DNA of 62,850 nt, the filler included, from Asterionella formosa (lineage: Eukaryota), in NCBI GenBank assembly GCA_002256025.1. It is 22 parts of 22 records of this genome, joined end to end, with 100 filler letters (N's around TTAATTAATTAA, not from the genome) between each part and the next. Parts side by side here need not be neighbours in the genome. Positions count along the whole stretch, not along the records: positions 57,782 to 59,404 come from NKIB01001711.1; positions 59,505 to 61,127 come from NKIB01001712.1; positions 61,228 to 62,850 come from NKIB01001713.1; 19 more parts are not named here. One strand, given 5' to 3'. Every line of letters begins with the position of its first letter. Position 1 is the stretch's first letter. This document shows positions 57,682 through 62,850 of this stretch, one piece after another. The notes beneath the pieces are model-generated. The model worked only from the letters and a program-made list of their open reading frames with translations, was not told the DNA's origin and searched no databases. A program made the translations under genes and the position numbers.

Positions 57682-57851
57682 NNNNNNNNNNNNNNNNNNN
57701 NNNNNNNNNNNNNNNNNNNNNNNNNTTAATTAATTAANNNNNNNNNNNNNNNNNNNNNNNNNNNNNNNNNNNNNNNNNNNNTTCTCAGGATCATATTTCT
57801 GCAGCCGGTCAGTCATGATATTTTGGGGGGAAAGCAAGGCAAATCGATTTC

Positions 57852-58425
57852 AAGTCAGCAGTCAGCGATTTCATGTCAGCAGTCAGCAATTTCATGTCAG
57901 CAGTCAGCGATTTCATGTCAGCAGTCAGCAGTCAGCAGCAGCAATTTTTTCAAATTTTCAGCGAATCAAGTCAGCAGTCAGTAGTTAGAAAGTTGAAGTC
58001 AGCATTTTTACGACAGTACATAGTGGTAGCAATATGAAGAAGTAGATAGCAACGATTTTTTTCATGCATCAATGTCTATTTCACACTTTTTAATCATGGA
58101 CGGAGTACCAGGTACCTCTGTGTTACTCCCAATAGTATGAACGTAGTAGAAGGCATCGCTTTTAGTATCCCAACAACAAAAAGATGCGTTTCCATTGTTA
58201 TTCAAATATGAAAAGTAAACACTATTTGTACACTGGAGCAGTAGCTGGTCTCTGCCTGTGTACAAAGTAGGTTTGCTTGACATCAGCATGTTGATGTTAC
58301 TAGCAGTCAGCAACTGCATGTCAGTAGTCAGCAGTCAGCAAATAATTCAAATTTTCAGCAAATCAAGTCAGCAGTTAGCAACAAGAAGTCTGCAGTCAGC
58401 AATTTGAAGTTGGTAGTCAGCGATT
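57852..58425. repeat. AGTCAGC heptamer arrays with a 21-bp higher-order unit, in two blocks
   Basis: (TTTCATGTCAGCAGTCAGCRA)n at 57850-57945. A similar ~100-bp block recurs at 58300-58425. Confidence 0.85.
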
Positions 58426-58649
58426 CTGCTGTGAAAGGTGGCAGCGCTTTTCCATTTCAAACTTTATAACGGTTACAGGTAATATAAATACATGTAAATA
58501 TTTTGAGATTTTTTATCATGTCAGAATTGGTCAGCCAGTCAGCAGACTTCCAATGAAGTAGTTTGAAAGGCCTACATGGAATTTTTAGTATATAATGCAC
58601 GCAATTCGCTGATTACCGGACCTTCCAGTACTTTTATTCACACATAACC

Positions 58650-59073
58650 TACGCAACAAGAATTTAATGGTTCCAGGCAAAACAAGCTGACCATCTATCA
58701 TTGTCGCTTCCACCAGGTCCTCATTTGAGGTTCTGTAAAGTATAATCAAGAATCATTTGACACTCTTCTACTGTCAAATCCTGCCCTTCTTGTATGCTTG
58801 TTAAGATTGAGTTGTGGCAAAAAATTGGGGGATCAGGCATCTGTATTTTGCTCGAGATAGGCAAAAGTAAATAAAAATCGAAAAAACAAAAAAGCCATTT
58901 TTTAAAACCTAGTTGCCAGTTTTAAATTAAAACATTTATATTTTGCTTGTACATAGATCAGTACTTTTTAGGATGGCCCACAATAGGGCAATTTAGCCGG
59001 AGAAAATCGAAGCAGTCGAAATGGCCCCGGAGAAATTTTAAGATTTAATGCAATCGTTTTCCCCGAAACGGAG
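58650..59073 (-). mobile_element. Older, diverged relative of the 9890-10897 mariner (5' end and transposase start)
   Basis: Aligns with ~10480-10860 (CAGGTCCT, GAGGTTC.GTAAA, GGGGG.TCAGGCATCTG.ATTT..CTCGAGATA.GCAAAAGTAAA, TAGTTGCCA, AAATGGCCCCGGA). It ends in CGGAG-TA. Confidence 0.75.
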
Positions 59074-59505
59074 TAGACTAGGTACCGTTCGTTACCTGTA
59101 CAGATGCATAACCCAGGTTCCAGTCCTTTTGTCCTGTGCCGTGGAGGAGTCCACATGAGTTTTTGTGTCTAATAAGAAAGCAACCATCACGTACTGTATT
59201 TATATTTTATGCTCTGGAGTAACCAGATAACTGCCGTTTATTGTATCTGGTGCCAGGTACCTGGTACCGGGTATTTGTGTACAAGTAAAGCCTGGTATGT
59301 ATTGTTGTTCCACCCAAATTCAAAACAGCCAGCAATTCAACATTCCTCCGTATTCACGGTATGTAGACGATAACAGTGATTTCGTTTGCAGGGAAGGATG
59401 TATCNNNNNNNNNNNNNNNNNNNNNNNNNNNNNNNNNNNNNNNNNNNNTTAATTAATTAANNNNNNNNNNNNNNNNNNNNNNNNNNNNNNNNNNNNNNNN
59501 NNNNA

Positions 59506-59685
59506 CGAGCTCGCCAGTACATGTTGGCTTACCATGCTCTTGATTCTGGCTTATTTGAACCAGAACTGCAACAGCAGCGCTCCAAGCATGGCCCTGTCGA
59601 AATCGACAACCTTATAAAGAAGATGAAGACACATCGATGTGCCTTGGACTTCGATTACAAGTTTGTAATGAATGTAGATGAATAA
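59506..59685 (+). mobile_element. C-terminus of a probable DDE (IS630/Tc1-related) transposase
   Basis: RARQYMLAY...IDNLIKKMKTHRCALDFD* read from the contig start. It resembles the RAR.YM.AY...K(S/T)HR tail of such transposases (recalled, not searched). Confidence 0.5.
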
Positions 59686-61009
59686 AGCGATCGCTGATGT
59701 TGTTATATGCTTGTCAACATCACGTAAACTCATGCATGAATATATTTATCCATAAAATATTCCCTATGCTAATTATCTATCATACTAGGGCTACGGTGGC
59801 TACTATATGTACTCTGAGCATGATTCCAGCCATACATGGTGTGGCTATTTTGGTCGTGTTTCCAAACTTTATTTCGGTCATTTTCTTATGAGCATCATCC
59901 ATACGTGTGTTGGGAAATCACATACGTTGAGATGGATGTGTCCAATACAATGATTCTGTTTCAGATGAATGAATTCCTTGACAACTACATAGGATTGATA
60001 AGCAACAATGTTCCTATTACTTCTAGGTTAGCAATTCATGCAAATTTTTAAGCTAGTACCCAGCTTCAAAAGTTGGCATCACTGTCATCATCAGATTTTT
60101 GTTTTAACTTGTTGACCCAGCAATGCTAGTTATTTTGATACTTAGAGTGAGCACCTTATTTAATAATTTAGTGGTGTCTCTATTTTCATAATCTGATGTC
60201 TTTCATGCATCATCAGCATTGCATGGAATGCTTCAGAATGCTGTAATTATAATAATAAAGATAAGTAGTGCTTCATCCAGTTACCAGTAAAATTTGCATC
60301 AAACATCACTCAAAATACATTAGCCTGTGACCACTTGTTTGTGCCTTGAAGGATACTAGTCTTTCATGAGTCACAGTTTCTTGTTTCTTCGGATTAGAGA
60401 TCCGTCAGAGGATACTAGTACAAACAACTTTCCCTAAGGAGACAAATGGCACCATGCTTGGTTGTTACAGCAAGATAGTTTCAGAGGCATTGATATCATG
60501 TAATCCCTATTAGAAAAAACTAGATGAATCTCATGATCAAAGGTCATTGAGACTGATCAAAACTGCTGAATTCAGGGTTTTCCAACTTCATACAGGCTTT
60601 ATCATATGTTGAATGCATATCTATGAATATTCATTTTTACATCTACCAGTAGTTACCTATGCATACATGCAAGTACCACATCAGGTATATGTATACACCG
60701 TTATACCGGTAGTCTACCGATATGAATTCTGTATTAATTAGTCTATCAAGGTGCAGAATTATCTATAACGTACATACAATTCCACCCTCATAATACACGT
60801 AATAGTGTATAGCCTAAATATGAAATAAGTAAAACTGGTATACTACGGGTACCATGATACCAGGTACTATGCACTGGCATGATATGATTTAAAAAAGCGC
60901 ACACGGTGACATCATGATGACATTATACGCACAACACCCTCAACATGCCGGTATTATAAATATAACAGACGTGCATACCGGCATTTTAATAAATTCTGCC
61001 TCGACGACG

Positions 61010-61087
61010 ATGAATGCTTCTCAAGTAGGCCGCCGCTTTGTCCCCAAGGCTACCAAGGCGTGGACCAAATCATTGCCTGTCTTTACG
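61010..61087 (+). CDS. Probable first exon of a host gene (mitochondrial-presequence-like)
   Basis: MNASQVGRRFVPKATKAWTKSLPVFT is basic with no acidic residues and is followed by GTAAGT at 61088. TGACA-rich sequence lies upstream. Confidence 0.4.
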
Positions 61088-61227
61088 GTAAGTAACATGA
61101 GCATGGAAACGGACAGCTGATTTGCTTNNNNNNNNNNNNNNNNNNNNNNNNNNNNNNNNNNNNNNNNNNNNTTAATTAATTAANNNNNNNNNNNNNNNNN
61201 NNNNNNNNNNNNNNNNNNNNNNNNNNN

Positions 61228-62363
61228 TCGATGACACCACACTACTTAGTGATGACGAACATCGAAAGTTTCAGATGTTAATTGGCATGTTGAATTGGGT
61301 AGTAACAATTGGGAGATTTGATGTCGCACACGCCACAATGTCATTGTCAAGATTCTCTGCATGTCCAAGAAAAGGACACCTTGAGCGGGTATTGAAAGTG
61401 TTTGGCTACCTCAAGAGGAGGCCAAATAGGCGAATTGTCGTGGATTCTAGGTCGCCTGACTTCTCAGGATTTGAGGAAGATTTTTCTAAAGACTACGCAA
61501 GTATTCTTGGTGAAGACTACCCTGAAGCATCTGAGGAGGTTGACTGCAACCTACCAAAGCCATTGGTCAATGAGTTGGACATAACTGTGTTTGTTGACTC
61601 AGATCATGCACATGACAAGATCACACGCAGGTCAGTGACCGGTTTGATTATATTCGTTGGAAGAACACCAGTATTCTTTATGAGTAGGCGACAAGGAGCA
61701 GTGGAGACATCAACATACGGCGCTGAGTTTTGTGCTATGCGCATTGCAGTTGAAGAAACCATAGCTATTCGTTATATGCTACGCTCAATGGGAGTGCGGG
61801 TGGCTCATGCCTCATACCTGTTCGGTGACAATCTTGGAGTAGTTCAGAATGTTACTATCAAGGATAGTTTGTTGAAGAAGAAACATGTTGCCATCTCATA
61901 CCACAAGGTGAGGGAGGCGGCGGCATGCGGAATTGTACATCCAGTCAAGATTGATGGAAGGTATAATTTTGCAGATGTGCTCACCAAGGCCCAGACTAAC
62001 AAGGTGTTTGCCATGTTAGTTGGGGAGGTGATGCATGGATAGGGATTAGGGATTTGCATATTCTATGCAAGTATTATTATGGTCAATCAAACTATTGGAT
62101 TATTGATTCAAGAGGAGTGATAAATACGGGAACGAGATTGCTCGGGTTCTCCGGGTAATTGGTGACTTACTGCTTACTGCAACTGATGAATCAGATATCC
62201 ACAGTATTGATGGGTACTGGTACAACGTGGTTGTACCATCTACGTAGATACATACTAACCTAGTAAAATGTACTGCTGGAATGGCCTCAAGTCACAACTT
62301 GTTGGACCTACCATTACAGCAGGGCACTAACAGGCCAATTCGTCTTTAGATAGCATCTTATCA
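61228..62363 (+). mobile_element. pol: CoDi-like Copia 3' end: RT C-terminus/RNase H (ORF 61230-62042), PPT and 3' LTR
   Basis: IGMLNWVVTIGRFD, VFVDSDHAHD..TRRSVTG, ETSTYGAEF, FGDN, LKKKHVAISYH and NFADVLTK. AAGAGGAG is followed by TG at 62118. Confidence 0.93.
62118..62363 (+). repeat. Copia 3' LTR (246 bp)
   Basis: TGATAA...TTATCA termini directly after the purine tract. Confidence 0.7.
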
Positions 62364-62611
62364 ATAGTTCCACAGACTATGTTGTTTTGCAATTCTATGT
62401 GCTGGCGGTGTTCAATTATGCGACTGGTGATCTCCTTTCAGGCGAATCATGGTTGCATGATAATGGAACTGCTTCTGAATATTATTTTTGTGATTGGGAT
62501 AACACTGATTGCAACGACGGTAGGACAGACATCACAGCTTTGTCCCCTTTGGGATCTCAACTTTTTGGATCCGCAACACCGGAGATTGCTTGCTGCCTCA
62601 TTATTCCTTGA
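62364..62611 (+). pseudogene. Leucine-rich-repeat gene remnant (N-terminal cap) interrupted by the LTR element
   Basis: VLQFYVLAVFNYATG...WL...FCDWDNTDC...ITALSPLGSQLFGSATPEIA matches the LRR N-cap/first-repeat pattern. It ends in an early stop. Confidence 0.55.
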
Positions 62612-62850
62612 AATCGACCCTGTCACATGCGGCTGATTGCTGATTATTTCTTCCTGCATTCAGTTCGATGCCCCCCCCCATCAAGTCGGCGTCTCCCCTG
62701 CCGTTCCTCCTCCAGCCACATTGCATCATCCGCTGTGTTTACAAGAGCAACGACAGGACATAAGTGCAAATAACAATCAACAGTTACAACGATGATGATG
62801 GTCTTGCCGAAGTTATGACATCATGATTTTGGACAACTTACCATTTCCTC

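Larger units (their letters stand above)
26605..61227. other. 21 artificial contig-joining linkers, N44-TTAATTAATTAA-N44 (100 bp each), interspersed in this span
   Basis: Identical linkers start at 26605, 28334, 30063, 31792, 33520, 35248, 36975, 38702, 40429, 42158, 43884, 45610, 47335, 49060, 50785, 52510, 54234, 55958, 57682, 59405 and 61128. The core has stops in all six frames. Confidence 0.98.

Noticed and set aside
26605..61227. Regularly spaced identical TTAATTAATTAA with ~1.63-kb unique spacers, which looks like a giant array
   Set aside because: It is embedded in fixed N44 pads and has stops in six frames, so it is a synthetic linker, not biology.

Overview
This is eukaryotic DNA, almost certainly a diatom or close photosynthetic stramenopile. 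The evidence is a bipartite ASAFAP-type plastid presequence, short GT-AG introns with CTCAC/GCTAAC branch sites, and CoDi-like Copia elements. The window is not one locus. It is one long piece (1-26604) followed by 21 unrelated ~1.62-1.63 kb contigs joined by artificial 100-bp linkers (N44-TTAATTAATTAA-N44), so adjacency across linkers means nothing. The long piece holds two tandem paralogous GT23/FUT8-like fucosyltransferase genes, a 2129-aa single-exon WW-WW-FYVE-ARM-like gene, a 1-kb Tc1/mariner derivative, MITE-like hairpins and decayed sequence. The short contigs are mostly Ty1/Copia fragments (gag, protease, integrase, RT/RNase H, two definable 3' LTR families). They also include MULE, hAT and other DDE transposase remnants, a Crinkler-like effector remnant with a duplicated N-terminal module, and partial host genes (LPA1/DUF3493-like, MOSC, LRR, coiled-coil). 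The best leads are: (i) dispersed CCWGGTACCWGG palindrome/heptamer arrays whose central TA carries transposon insertions; (ii) a Cys/His passenger ORF inside a mariner that recurs on another contig; (iii) the Crinkler-like module. I found no rRNA, tRNA, CRISPR or prokaryotic system. All family assignments come from motif recognition by eye, not from database searches.
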